A stretch of 64,000 nt of DNA, taken from Octopus sinensis. Lineage: Eukaryota. The stretch is taken from contig NC_043000.1 in NCBI RefSeq assembly GCF_006345805.1, positions 17,856,001 to 17,920,000 on the forward strand, read 5' to 3'. Shown piece after piece: positions 13,111 to 25,767 of this stretch. Below the pieces are notes generated by a model that saw nothing but the letters and a program-made list of their open reading frames with translations, had not been told where the DNA came from and did not search any database. A program made the translations under genes and the position numbers. Positions within the stretch are counted from its first letter, which is position 1. The number at the start of each line of letters is the position of its first letter.

Positions 13111-13261
13111 GTACATGGAAACTGTTGTATTGTAATTTGTTATAGCAGTTCTGAAAGCGTATGTAGAAAGAATTGATGTCTGTAGCTAATGTAAAACATG
13201 TAACTGGAAGCAACGATTCATAATGTCTCATTACTATGCAGGTGACCTTTGAAAAGCCACA

Positions 13262-13413
13262 ATGGTTGATATATTGGATGCCAGCAATAGTGTGAGCAGA
13301 CTTTCTCTTCTGGGTGACGGAGAAGAACAGGATTTCAAATGGAAGAAACCTCTGGAGCTTTTTGCTGAAAGGAAATTTGTGAGGATCTGTGCCCCCATGG
13401 TACGTTACTCAAA
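13262..13413 (+). CDS. DUS4L: tRNA-dihydrouridine(20a/20b) synthase-like, first coding exon (MVDILDAS...KPLELFAERKFVRICAPMVRYSK)
   Basis: Manual translation gives the DUS4L N-terminal motif CAPMVRYSK. Acceptor tatgcAG at 13240-13241, ATG at 13262, donor AA|GTAAGT at 13414 (phase 2). The exon is too short to appear in the ORF track. Confidence 0.92.
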
Positions 13414-14094
13414 GTAAGTAGTTTGTTTTCTTGCTTGTTGATTGGTTAGTTATGAAATATTTCTACGACTATTCAGTGGGTTGGCTGCAACTTCAAACTC
13501 ATATATTTGCATGAATTGTCAGAGATGTTTTTTTTTACAAGTGGGTACTGTTTTTAATGCTAATCAGTTGTCAAGGCCATCATTGTTGTCATCATCCTCT
13601 TCTGCCTCTTCATCCTCCTCTTCATCATCATCACCATCACCATCACCACCACCACCTTCTTCATCATTATTCTATTGCCAGTCTGCATGCTGACATCAGT
13701 TGGCTGGTTCTGGCTTGGATGGAGTGTGTTAAAAGAAAAATATTAGATCTTGTCTGATTGTAATCTCTGTTGTTTGGTTTTTATTTTTGGTGAGGTTGGG
13801 GCCCTGCTATAGTTTTTAATATAGGGATGTATAATAGATTCATCATGTGGAGTTTAAGTGGGATATAGAATCAGTGTGGACCATTTTTCTTTGGTGGCCA
13901 AAATAGCAAACCATAAATTTTTTTTTCTCTCCATTTCACATATATGTTTGTTGTTTAGCCATGGTTAGGTCTGTTTGATTAAAGCCCTTTATGTCCTAAA
14001 TCTTATTTTGCCATTTTAGTTGTCATGACCAAGACTTAACAGGACACAGTAAACTGGCCACCACTCTTGAAATATTTTATGCTGAACTCTTGAG

Positions 14095-14227
14095 TTAATG
14101 TAAGCCACATGATTGGAAATAATGATTTATAATGTACTATTATGCGTGTGACCTTCGAAAACCAACAATAGTTGAAATAGTGGATGCTATTGGTATGAAC
14201 AGAGATTCTCTTCTGGATGATGAAAAG
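14095..14227 (+). pseudogene. Degenerate duplicate of the acceptor and 5' part of the first DUS4L coding exon
   Basis: Aligns by eye to ~13186-13325 (gtgacctttgaaaagccacaATGgttgatatattggatgc vs gtgaccttcgaaaaccaacaATAgttgaaatagtggatgc). Acceptor AG has become GT and ATG has become ATA. Confidence 0.7.
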
Positions 14228-14322
14228 CTTGCAATCAACTGACCACCACCCTGGATATAGAAATATTTTTATATCCTGTGTGTTGACTTCAGACTTTTAA
14301 CCATGGCTATTCACTGTCTTAA

Positions 14323-14763
14323 CCCTTTTGTTACCAACCCGGCTGAAACCGGCTCTGGCTCTTTTAGTACAAATGTCTGGCTTTCAAAAGTTTTGAATTA
14401 AAATCTTCTACCAAACCTTAGTCACAATTTATGTTCCTAACACTAGCTTAATGATATTGATATTATTTTACTAAATTCTTTGCTGGCAGAAACGTTAGCA
14501 CGCCAGGCGAAATGCGTAGCCGTATTTTGTCTGCCATTACGTTCTGGGTTCAAATTCCGCCGAGGTCAACTTTGCCTTTCATCCTTTTGGGGTCGATAAA
14601 TTAAGTACCAGTTATGCACTGGGGTCGATGTAATTGACTTAATCCGTTTGTCTGTCCTTGTTTGTCCCCTCAGTGTTTAGCCCCTTGTGGGTAGTAAAAA
14701 AATATATTTAAAATAATTGGAAGAAACACAGAGCATCTCAAAATAAATACTGTAATGAAAAGA
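14323..14763. mobile_element. piggyBac-type MITE interrupted by a family-B SINE (14482-14704)
   Basis: TTAA|CCCTTTTGTTACC start; the MITE internal sequence resumes after the SINE; the right end is degenerate. Confidence 0.7.
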
Positions 14764-16567
14764 TTAAACATTGACTTGCATTTTAAATATGGCTGAGAGT
14801 TTATTGATGGAGATGTGCTTCATGGAGGCACTCACAAGTGACCAAGACCATTGGCAATATGCTGTATTTGAGAAGACCCGTGAAGCCAAGTGAAATCATA
14901 GTCATGGCCAATGCCAGTGCCACATAACTGGCACCCATGCCAGTGGCACATAAAAAGCACCCATTACACTCTTGGAGTGGTTGGCATTAGGAAGGGCATC
15001 CAGCCATAGAAACCATGCCAAATCAGATTGGAACCTGGTGCAGCCCTCCAGCTTACCAGTTTCTGTCAAACTGTCTAACGCATGCCAGCATGGAAAGCAG
15101 ACACTAAATGACGATGATGATGACTTAATTGCTGTATTTAATAGTTTGAATGGTTACTTACTAGTTTGTGTTGTCCCTATTTCAATTGTATTAAGTTTAA
15201 CCTTTTAGTATTCAGATTGCTCTATCAAATGTAATGCTTTGTTTTAAATTAATCATATATTATTTCACAGCTTGGAAATTTTGATGATGTGATTGCTTAT
15301 TTTTAGAACAACTTTGTAAGATACGTATAAGAGGCTGTTTCTGAATGACTTGAATATAAAATGGGTAGAATATTTGGACTTGACATGGCCAGTTTATATG
15401 CTAAAGGATTAAAGGAGGTGTTTGGTTGTTGTGTTAACAAGATCGAAGGATTGGTTGAATAAGAACTCTCATACAAACTTCATTGCATTTATTCCCATAT
15501 CAGCTTTGATCCAGATCTATGGCCCAAGACATTCAAGCTACAACTATCTAATTTTTCTTTTCGTTCTTTTCGGATATAATATAGCATTTCTTTTTCAAGA
15601 TAGTAAGGTATGTTTTAGAGGAGGTTTTTGATGCTATTGTTAGCAGGTTGAGTGAGCACATAGAGGTCCCCTGCTTGGCTCATATTTTATTTGTGTTGTT
15701 ATTCATGGTAGTCTTTGTCACTGGATGTCAAACATCAGTAGGTTCTTTGAAATGAAATCTGTTTAAATAGCAGTATTATGAAAGTTGATCTACAGAAGTG
15801 TTGAACCATTGCCAGGATAAATTGCTGTTGGTAGTTTATCATTAAGGTCTATAAATATCCAGCTGTTGTGCTAAGAGATAATCCTAATGTTTAGCTCACC
15901 CAGTTTGGTGTGATGGTTTGTATTATTCATTATTTGGTGAAAATGAATTCAACAACAAATTGCAAATCTTTTATTAGGAACATAAAAATTAATCATCTAA
16001 AACTTCCCAGATGTGTGTGAAAGGATTTCAAGTAGACTGACCTAAATTCTCTTTTCAATAGTTTTCAATTTATGTCATGGAAACTGTATTTAGTGTCCCT
16101 TGCACAGACTATTATTGTAGCAAATCCTTAAACTTGTGTTCCCTTGGTACATGGTATATCACAAATTTGTAAGAGATGAGTATGATGGATTGAATTGAAT
16201 ACAATATATTTATTATTAGTCTTTTGGGTTTTTTTTTTATCAACCTCTGTGACATGTAAAGCAAGGTTTACCAAACAATGGGATTTGAACTCAGAATGTA
16301 AAGCAGTGTGTGAAGGCATATGGCCTAGTAGGATATTCAGTTCCTGATCGTAAGGTCATGAGTTTGAAAACTGGTGACACATTGTGTTCTTGAGCAGGAC
16401 ACTTTATTTCTCATTGCTCTAGTCCACTCAGCTGGCAAAATTGAGTTGTACTTGTAATTCAAAGGGCCACCCTTGTCATGTTTTGTGTCATGCTGAATCT
16501 CCCTGAGAACTACATTAAGGATACACATGTCTGTGGAGTGCTCAGCCACTTGCATGTTATTTTCATT

Positions 16568-16726
16568 AGGCGTAGGAGTGGCTGTGTGGTAAGTAGCTTG
16601 TTTACCAACCACATGGTTCCGGGTGCAGTCCCATTGAGTGGCACCTTGGGCAAGTGTCTTCTACTATAGCCTCGGGTCGCCCAAAGCCTTGCGAGTGGAT
16701 TTGGTAGACGGAAATAGAAAGAAGCC

Positions 16727-16765
<39 letters not shown>

Positions 16766-16987
16766 AACATGTTTGTGTGTCTGTGTTTGTCCCCCCCCCC
16801 AACATCGCTTGACAACTGATTCTGGTGTGTTTACATCACCATAACTTAGCGGTTCGGAAAAAGAGACTGATAGAATAAGTACTAGGCTTACAAAGAATAA
16901 GTCCTGAGGTCGATTTGCTCGACTAAAGGTGGTGCTCCAGCATGGCCACAGTCAAATGACTGAAACAAGTAAAAGAGTAAAAGAGTA
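16568..16987 (+). mobile_element. SINE family A nested in an older family-C-like SINE (~16330-17045)
   Basis: The host sequence gccacttgcatgttattttca...gcttttccattga is interrupted and resumes after the A copy. Confidence 0.8.
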
Positions 16988-18188
16988 GGCTTTTCCATTG
17001 ATTGAATCAACTGGAACCCTCATCGTCATAACCAGCAGAGTGCCACTAAGACACTGTTTGTTCACAATTTCTACTACCAGCCAACGACCATCTTTCTTAG
17101 TATTGATTTCTGATATATTTGTAAGATCACAGATTTTTGAGGGATAGAACAGTCAATTATATTGACTTGAGCGCATGACTGGTATATATTTATTGACCCT
17201 GAAAGGATCAAAAGCAAAATCTATACAGGTTGCATTTAAATTCAATTTAAAGCAGTATAACTAAATACTAATTTTATCTAGCCACCTCATTCTTAAATAT
17301 ATTTTAAAGCAAATTGCTGTTGTAAAGTGGAAGTTGTAAATTTGTTGTATAAGAAACAGAAATATATGGATGAACTTGATATGATTTTTATTTTCTCTTA
17401 CTGAAAAACTTCTTTTGGATACAATCAAAGGACATTTTTATTTAATATTCTTTATTAGCAGCCAGCCTGACAAACCAAAGAGTGGTTTTTAACAAAGTTG
17501 AGTCTCCGAGAGACATAATATTGATGATTTGAATAATTCAATCTTGCTCCTACTTCAATGTGTCTTAAACAAGCACAGACATGTCTAGATATTTTCGATG
17601 ACCATTTGTGAAAATTTACCCTAATAGCATTGATCTTGTCTATTATAATTGCATTATGACACTTCTTTCTTCTTTTGAGGTTTTAAGATTACGAATTGAA
17701 TCATAACTGACAAATAAATCATTTTCTCTATGATTTGCAACCTGACAGAAAGTTTACTCTGTGCAGGATTTTATTTTCCATATTTGGCGTTGTTCTCTTC
17801 TCTGTCAAAATGGCAGCCAATTTGTTGACATCAAAGCCGGCGCTACATTGACATTCTTTTTCATCAGTTTTAATTACTTCATACCACCAAAGTACCACAA
17901 TAGAACACAACAGCTGATGTCTCTCAATCCCAGCTGCCTGCTTAGCTCACTTCTACATATTCTCACACTCAACCAGGTTTATATTGCACAGCTTGTAGGT
18001 CTTGGATCAATTTCCAAGTTCTCTGCTTTCACTTGCTTCTTATTTGTTATTATTATTATTATTGTGTGTGTGTGTGTGTGCACGCATACATGTCAGCATG
18101 CTAGTGTATGAGTGTTTGTTTTGTTTTGTTCTTGTTCTTGTTGTTGTTCAAATTATTAGTATAAGCTGAGAGTCCCAAACAGGATTAA

Positions 18189-18409
18189 CCCTTTAGCATT
18201 TAAACCGGCCATATCCGGCCAAAAGTATTCTGCCTGTTTTATGTTCAAACTGGCCAGATCTGGTCTCTCACACCAACCCTACAATATCGTTTTAAAAATG
18301 AACAGCTACCTCATCAAAATCTCAAAGCTACAAGATAATGCCTGATTAGTTCAAGGCAATGTGAATGAAAAAGCATAAATTTTGGTAGAATAATGTGAAC
18401 ACTAAAGGG
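18189..18409. mobile_element. Second piggyBac-type MITE family
   Basis: TTAA|CCCTTTAG...CTAAAGGG|TTAA. Confidence 0.75.
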
Positions 18410-18423
18410 TTAATTTTAATAGC

Positions 18424-18814
18424 GTAGTGGAGGCGCAATGGCCCAGTGGTTAGGGCAGCGGACTCGCGGTCATAGGATCGTGGTTTCGATTCCCAGACCG
18501 GGCGTTGTGAGTGTTTATTGAGTGAAAACACCTAAAGCTCCACGAGACTCCGGCAGGGGATGGTGGTGATCCCTGCTGTACTCTTTCACCACAACTTTCT
18601 CTCGCTCTTTCTTCCTGTTTCTGTTGTACCTTGTATTTCAAAGGGCCGGCCTTGTCACTCTCTGTGTCATGCCGAATATCCCCGAGAACTACGTTAAGGG
18701 TGCACGTGTCTGTGGAGTGCTCAGCCACTTACACGTTAATTTCACGAGCAGGCTGTTCCGTTGATTCGGATCAACCGGAAGCCTCGTCGTCGTAACCGAC
18801 GGAGTGCTTCCACC
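18424..18814 (+). mobile_element. SINE family C (tRNA-Arg-like head GGCGCAATGGCCCAGTGGTTAGGGCAGCGGACTCGCGG)
   Basis: A/B boxes with a TCG anticodon-like position; 12-bp TSD AATTTTAATAGC (18412-18423, 18815-18826). Confidence 0.88.
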
Positions 18815-19048
18815 AATTTTAATAGCTTAAAATCTTCATATTGAGCCATATTGAGCTATATTGATTTTCAATTTATAATATCATTTATCATTCATGTTGA
18901 AATGATTCATAGGATGGATGTATGTATATATATTTTTTTCAGTTTGATAATGAAACAAAGCATGAAATGAAAAAGCTGAGGCAGAAAATTTACATGACTT
19001 GCTGTGCTAAAGTAATTTATTTTGCTCTGCTTTCGCAGATTCCCATGA

Positions 19049-19461
19049 CTCTCTTTACTCTTTTACTCTTTTACTTGTTTCAGTCATTTGACTGCGGCCA
19101 TGCTGGAGCACCACCTTTAATCGAGCAACTCGACCCCAGGACTTATTTTTTTGCAAGCCTAGTACTTATTCTATCGGTCTCTTCTGCCAAACCGCTAAGT
19201 TACAGGGACGTAAACACAGCAGCATCGGTTGTCAAGCGATGTTGGGGGGGGGGGGCAAACACAGACACACACATACATATATATATATACATATAAACGA
19301 CGGGCTTCTTTCAGTTTCCGTCTACCAAATCCACTCACAAGGCTTTGGTCAGCCCGAGGCTATAGTAGAAGACACTTGCCCAAGGCGCCACACAGTGGGA
19401 CTGAACCCGGAACCATGTAGTTGGTAAGCCAGCTACTTACCACACAGCCACTCCTACACCT
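19049..19461 (-). mobile_element. SINE family A
   Basis: Full-length homology to the other copies. Confidence 0.85.
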
Positions 19462-19932
19462 TTGTTGCTATTCAATTTCATTATTATGAATTTGAATTGG
19501 GAGCTTGAGTCATAGTGAAGCTTTCATTAGCTGATTGCAGAACCATGGCCACCACCCCTGTGGATACGTTGCAGTTACTCTCTGGATAGAGCTTGGTGGT
19601 CCTGACTGTTGATCTTCTAGGATTGCTCCACTCAGCATCAATGTGAGAAGCACCATTGACTCAGTTGAGCTCTTCCACTACCTCTTCACAATCTGCCAGG
19701 CTGCAGTCTCATGTCTTTGCCGCATCCCTGGCAGGGTGGCTGAACGAATGCCATGCCGTGCATAAAAGCAGCCCATAACTATGCAGGGTGTGATTGTCAC
19801 TCTGTGTGGTATTTTCGAAATACCTGCATACCCAAGCTAAAGCAATTAGAAAATTTATGATAATAATAATAATAATGATGATTTCAAGCCAAAACTTGTG
19901 GAATAGTGTATATCAACCCCAGTCAATATGAT

Positions 19933-20967
19933 TACCATATTTGCCAGTGTGTAAGCTGCACCCATGTATAAACCGCACCCCTGACTTTTGATCCCCAACA
20001 GAGGAAAAATGTGGAGGAAACTGGGAAATAACTGGGGTTAATGAAAAGGGAGAAATACAGGATGAATACAAACTTCAATTTCGTGATGATTTCATACTTA
20101 ACAAACATTTCTGACTGCAATCATTGATATTCAAAATTATTAATGGAAGAAGTCCAGGTTTTAAATGCAGGAGATAATAAGAGAACATCTTTTTATTATG
20201 TGTGTTTATATGATTTATTCATATTGTGATCTTTATAATCTTTCTTGAAAATGTGTGGTCCTAGAAAGGACTGACCCTAATGGGTAGAGACTTCACTCAA
20301 AGCCTAAGAACGCTTTGGCATCAGATGACCTGTTGAAGACCTCGTAGAGTTGATTGTCTGCATATGCCAATTCATCTTTGTCATCGCTGGAGTCAGAAGA
20401 GTCGAGAGAGATGACGTCGTCTTCCCACAAGATGTCATCTTCCGTGCTGTTGAGTGTGTTGGATATGCAGCACTTCAGGAAAGCCAGCTTGATGATGTCT
20501 TCTGGAATCTCTTCCCAGACCTTCAGGATTCACCCACAGATTGTCCCCAAGTCGATTTTCTTCATGCATCGAGTCTTTGTCATCTCCTTTGGTGTATTGG
20601 CCATCCAATGCTCCCTGCAGTGCTTCTTAAACGGTGTGTTGATTGCAACATCAAAGGGTTGAAAAACTGATATCATTCCCCCAGGGATCATTGCCATGTC
20701 GATGTTCAGATGACATATCTTCACCTTGTTTTCTTCTGACTTGTGGCATCTGAATGTATCCAGAACCAGGAGACTCCTTCTCTGATGCAGTCCACTCATC
20801 CGGTGCCCCCACACTACTCAAAGCCAGTCCCTGATGAGTACCTGGTCCATCCAACCTTTCGCTTGGGCTTGAATGATGATCCCTTTCGGACACTTGGATA
20901 GTGTCTTCCACTTGAAGACAACGTAAGGTGGCAGCTTTCCTCCATCAGCTGTGCAGGCCAACATCAC
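19933..20967 (-). mobile_element. 3' half of a pogo/Tigger-like DNA transposon with a decayed DDE_1 transposase
   Basis: The minus strand reads VMLACTADGGKLPPYVVFK...KGWMD...LLVLDTFRCH...IPGGMISVFQPFDVAINTPFK...*ILKVWEEIP...FLGFE*, with one internal stop. TIR-like TACCATATTTGCCAGTGTGTAAGCTGCACC at 19933. The 5' side is cut by a SINE near 20970. Confidence 0.85.
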
Positions 20968-21111
20968 CTCAGCTTGTACTTATTCTGTCAACCCCAAAAG
21001 GATGAAAGGCAAACTCAACCTCAACGAAATTTGAACTCAGAGCATGGAAGATGGACAAAATACTGCTAAGCATTTCATCCAGCATGCTAATGATTCTGCC
21101 AGCTTGTCACC

Positions 21112-21156
<45 letters not shown>

Positions 21157-21385
21157 GTGGCTTCAAATTTTGCCACAAGGGTAGCTATTTTCGGGAGGAG
21201 ATAAATCAATTACATCAACTCCCAGTGTTTCACTGGTACTTAATTTATTGACCCAGAAAGGATAAAAAGCAAAGTTGACCTTAGCAGAATTTGAACTCAG
21301 AACATAGCAACAGGTGAGCTAATGTTTCTGCCAGTTTGCTGGCCTAATAATAATAATGATAATAATAATGATAATGATAATGATG

Positions 21386-21419
<34 letters not shown>

Positions 21420-21421
<2 letters not shown>

Positions 21422-21971
21422 GCCCTGATGCAGTACCAGGCAGTGGCTCTCATGGCTTCTGATCTTAACTGAAGGCGTTATCATGTACATTGTTTTGTCT
21501 TGGTATAAAAGATGGGCTACAGCAAATATTCTGCTTAATACCACAGATTTGCTTGTCAGTTGTTTGACCTTAACCAGTTGACCATGTCCCGTAGTGGCTG
21601 ACGATATGTGCATCTCTGATAACGAGCAGAAGTAGTGGGGGAGCATCATAGCCATGTGTTGAAAGGAATTCTTAGAGGTTTGGGTAATTCATCTTTGGAA
21701 ACATGGGTGTTTCGTTCAACATCTTGAAACAATCCTTATTCAGGGACTTTTTGAGTGGGATGGGCTACTCAACCAGAAGAAAATTCTAACTGGGCCCCAC
21801 CTGCAAGGTCATGCGCTGTTTATATTGATATGAGCTCACCATGTCGTGCACATATGGTTGTGATGCATATGCCTGGTGTACCCTTATCAGACGGGTGGTC
21901 ATGATGGGTATACTGGGCTTCGTATATTTTACCCCAGTGCCACTTTGATGGCATGCACTGCTCTCTCACTC
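21420..21971 (-). mobile_element. Unclassified ~550-bp element embedded in (AAT)n
   Basis: Complex sequence flanked by (AAT)n on both sides; one terminus (GAGAGAGCAGYGCAYGCCATCAAAGTG) recurs at ~47123-47153. Confidence 0.5.
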
Positions 21972-22475
21972 AATAATAATGATGATTATGATGATGATGA
22001 CGATGACGACGATGATGACACACACACACACATATGGTAGGCTTCTTTCAGTTTCCATCTATCAAATCTACTCACAGGGCTTTGGTTGGCTCTAAGCTAT
22101 AGTTAGAAGACACTTGTCCAAGGTGCGATGCAGTGGGACTGAACCTTAGACTACATGATCAGGAAGCAAGCTTCTTAACCATTCAGCCAAACATATACCT
22201 GTACCAAACCGTGTGTGTGTGTGTGTGTATAGAGATTTGTGTATTTCTTTGTAATTTAATAATATACTTTTTTCATATCTGTCTTAATAAATCATGTAGC
22301 ATCTGTTATTCACCCTCCTTTTGCTTTTTACATAAATTTCTCTATACATCCCCAAATGTTTTGTAAACACCTTCTGTAACATGTTGTTTATATGAATAGA
22401 TTCTGATGGAAAAAAATAATAAATGAATGATGGTGGTGGTGGTGGTGGCGGTGGCGGCGGCGGTGGTGGTGGTTT

Positions 22476-22708
22476 AAGGCGGCGAGCTGGCAGAAACGTT
22501 AGCACGCCGGGCGAAGTGCTTAGCGGTATTTCGTCTGTCTTTACGTTCTGAGTTCAAATTCCGCCGAGGTCAACTTCGCCTTTCATCCTTTCGGGGTCGA
22601 TAAATTAAGTACCAGTTACGCACTGGGGTCGATGTAATCGACTTAATCCGTTTGTCTGTCCTTGTTTGTCCTCTCTGTGTTTAGCCCCTTGTGGGTAGTA
22701 AAGAAATA
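22476..22708 (+). mobile_element. SINE family B (tRNA-like head, central GCCTTTCATCCTTTCGGGGTCGATAAATTAAGTACCAG domain)
   Basis: AAGGCGGCGAGCTGGCAGAA head with B-box-like GAGTTCAAATT; more than 10 full or partial copies in the window. Confidence 0.85.
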
Positions 22709-23036
22709 GGTGGTGGTGGTGGTGGTGGTGTTACTGGTGCTGGTACTGGTAGCAGCGGTGGTGGTTGTTGTTGTTAAGGGAATGGTGGAGATCATCTGAA
22801 AGGGTAGAACATTACTGTATCTAATTGTCCTTATGTTCTGAGTTCAAACCCTGCAGAGGTCGACAGTCCGACATTCATCTCTTGATGCAGCGACTGGGCA
22901 ATATCAAAGTACCTGTCAGATACTGGGGGTCAGTCACTTTCATCAGTTCTTCCACTCCCATGAAAATTTGTGACCTTGTGTCCATTTAAGGAACTGTTGT
23001 TGTTGTTGTCGTTACCACTACTAGTAGTAGTAGTAA

Positions 23037-23068
<32 letters not shown>

Positions 23069-23689
23069 AGAAGGCAGCAAACTGATCAGGAGCACATCAT
23101 CTGCCTTGATGTTCCAAGTTCAACCTTTTGGGGGTCAATAAGTACCAGTCAAGTACGGGGGGGGGTCAGGGGGGTTCGATGTAATTGACTCCCCACCACC
23201 ACCCCCAAAAGAATTTCAGGCCTTGTGCTTCTAGTAGAAAGGATTATTATTATCATTATTGTTGTTGTTGTTGTTGTTGTTGTTATTGGTATTGTTATTG
23301 TTGTTGTTGTAGTGAGGCAAGTCTATGTATATTTAATAGTGTCTGAGTTGTGTGGTTTATTGATTACAGTACCAGCACTGGACTAACGAGATAGGTGAGC
23401 TTCATCTCTCTCTTCCTTTCTCTCTCCCCCCCTCTCTCTCTCTCTCTCTCCACTCTTCCTCTCTCTTCCTCTATCTGTCTCTCTCTCCACTCTGTCTCTC
23501 TCTTTCTCCTTCCCTCCAGCTGCAGTATTGGAGGCTAAACTATTGACTGGGCACTGTCCAAACCAATTGCTGACATAACCATGAACAGGTGTGAGTCATA
23601 TAGACATAGACATCAAGACAACAGCAGCAGTAGCAACAACATGTATTAGCGGTGATGGGTGTGGGAGGGAGTAGCTGTGGTGACCTTGG

Positions 23690-24467
23690 GAAAGTTTAGA
23701 TAATGGTGGTGGTGGTGGTGGTGGTGGTGGTGGCGGTGGTCATGGTATTGAGGTGGTGGGAGTATTACTTGTGGTGATGATATTATTAATAGCAGTGGTT
23801 GTCATCATGATGACAGTGACAGCATTGTGGTGATGATGATGATGATGGTGGTGGTGTTACTTATGATGATGATGATGATGATGATGGTATTGGATAGTGC
23901 TTTAATGATGGTGGCAGCGGTGATGGTTGTGGTGGTGGTGGTGGTGGTAATGGTATTGAGGTGGTGATGAAGGTGGTGGGAGTATTACTGATATTATTAA
24001 TAGCAGTGGTTGTCATCATGATGACAGTGATAGCATTGTGGTGATGGTAGTAGTGATGATGATGATGGTGGTGGTGTTACTTATGATGATGATGATGATG
24101 ATGGTATTGGATAGTGCTTTAATGTTGGTGGCGGCGGTGATGGTTGTGGTGGTGGTGGTGGTGGTGGTAATGGTGATGATGTCAAGGAGGAGGAGTAAGC
24201 TGCCATTGCTGAAGTTGTGGTGATGATGGTAAACTATAGTGTTAATGATAATGGCTAATGAATTAATGGTGAAGATTGATGGTGGTGGATTAGCGGTGGT
24301 GAAGCTGGGGGTGATAATATATTATTAGTAATAGTGGAAGAGTTATATTTTTTTCCTTCTTTCTTCTGCAGTTTTCCTTTCTCTTTCTTGTTCTTCCCAC
24401 TTTTTTCTTCATCTTTCTTCCTCATTGTTCTGTCTGTCTGTCTCTCTCCCTTCTTTCCCCCTTCCTT

Positions 24468-24514
<47 letters not shown>

Positions 24515-24632
24515 TCATCTCTGTTGTCTGTGAACAGGTTTCATTAAATTTACTACAGACTTATTGATTGATTTTTTTCTCTTCCTGCTCCCCTTTGCCA
24601 TCATCATCACCACCACCATCATTGTCACTGCT

Positions 24633-24687
<55 letters not shown>

Positions 24688-24830
24688 CTGTTATTTTTAT
24701 TGTCATCAACATTGTTATCTCTTCACTGTCATCAGTACTCTCATCATCATCATCATCATCATCATCATCACCACCACCACCAACAACATCAACCCTATCA
24801 TCATCATCATTATCATCTTCATCTTAATGT
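23690..24830. repeat. (GGT)n/(GAT)n/(CT)n/(CAT)n microsatellite block with an internal ~200-bp duplication
   Basis: Segments ~23740-23960 and ~23965-24180 are near-duplicates; the rest is simple repeats. Confidence 0.85.
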
Positions 24831-24953
24831 ATTTCATTTGAAACAGTCTCTGATAAGAGAGATGTATCAGGATTTGATAATACAGGTGTGTAGGTGGGGA
24901 GGTAGGTATATAGTTCTGTGTAAGAGTATGTTCAATCATACACACACACACAC

Positions 24954-25495
24954 ATGTATAGATAGATAGATAGATAGATACACACACACACACACATGTA
25001 TAGATAGATAGATACACACACACACACATGTATAGATAGATAGATACACACACACACACAGATATGTATAGATAGATAGATAGACACACACACACACACG
25101 CATGTATAGATAGATAGATAGATACACACACACACACACATGTATAGATAGATAGATACACACACACACACACATGTATAGATAGATAGATACACACACA
25201 CACACATGTATAGATAGATAGATACACACACACACACAGATATGTATAGATAGATAGATAGACACACACACACACATGTATAGATAGATAGATAGATACA
25301 CACACACACACATGTATAGATAGATAGATACACACACACACACACCATGTATAGATAGATAGATACACACACACACACAGATATGTATAGATAGATAGAT
25401 AGACACACACACACACACGCATGTATAGATAGATAGATAGATACACACACACACACACATGTATAGATAGATAGATACACACACACACACACACA
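24954..25495. repeat. Compound minisatellite, 15 units of CATGTA(TAGA)n(CA)n
   Basis: Directly visible tandem units of ~32-44 bp. Confidence 0.9.
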
Positions 25496-25767
25496 TAATG
25501 CATATGTGTGTAGACATATGTTTGCGCACATGCATGTGTGCGTATGTATGTTTGTAGGCCAACAATCTTTGTTCAAATGCTGGGAACAATCCAGAATTTA
25601 TCTCTCTATCAGTGACAGGACATAAATTATATCTAACTACAGTGTGTGTGTGTGCGTGCATACATACACGTGTGTGTGTAACTGTGCATGTATGTGCATG
25701 TGTGTATTTGTGCACTCAGTGCCAGTACTGACCTTGCATTGGTACAGTACTCTGAAGCGCTTATACA

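Noticed and set aside
17728-18111. Possible nested gene or promoter (YY1-like CAAAATGGCAGCC at ~17807; 60- and 116-aa ORFs)
   Set aside because: The ATG in the motif opens only 13 codons, no splice donor or protein similarity was recognised, and a single motif is insufficient.
24715-25715. Long minus-strand ORFs (214-262 aa, VCVCVYLSIY repeats)
   Set aside because: They are translations of the (CA)n/(TAGA)n minisatellite, which simply lacks stops in those frames. The same applies to the many poly-I/Y/H/V/M ORFs elsewhere.
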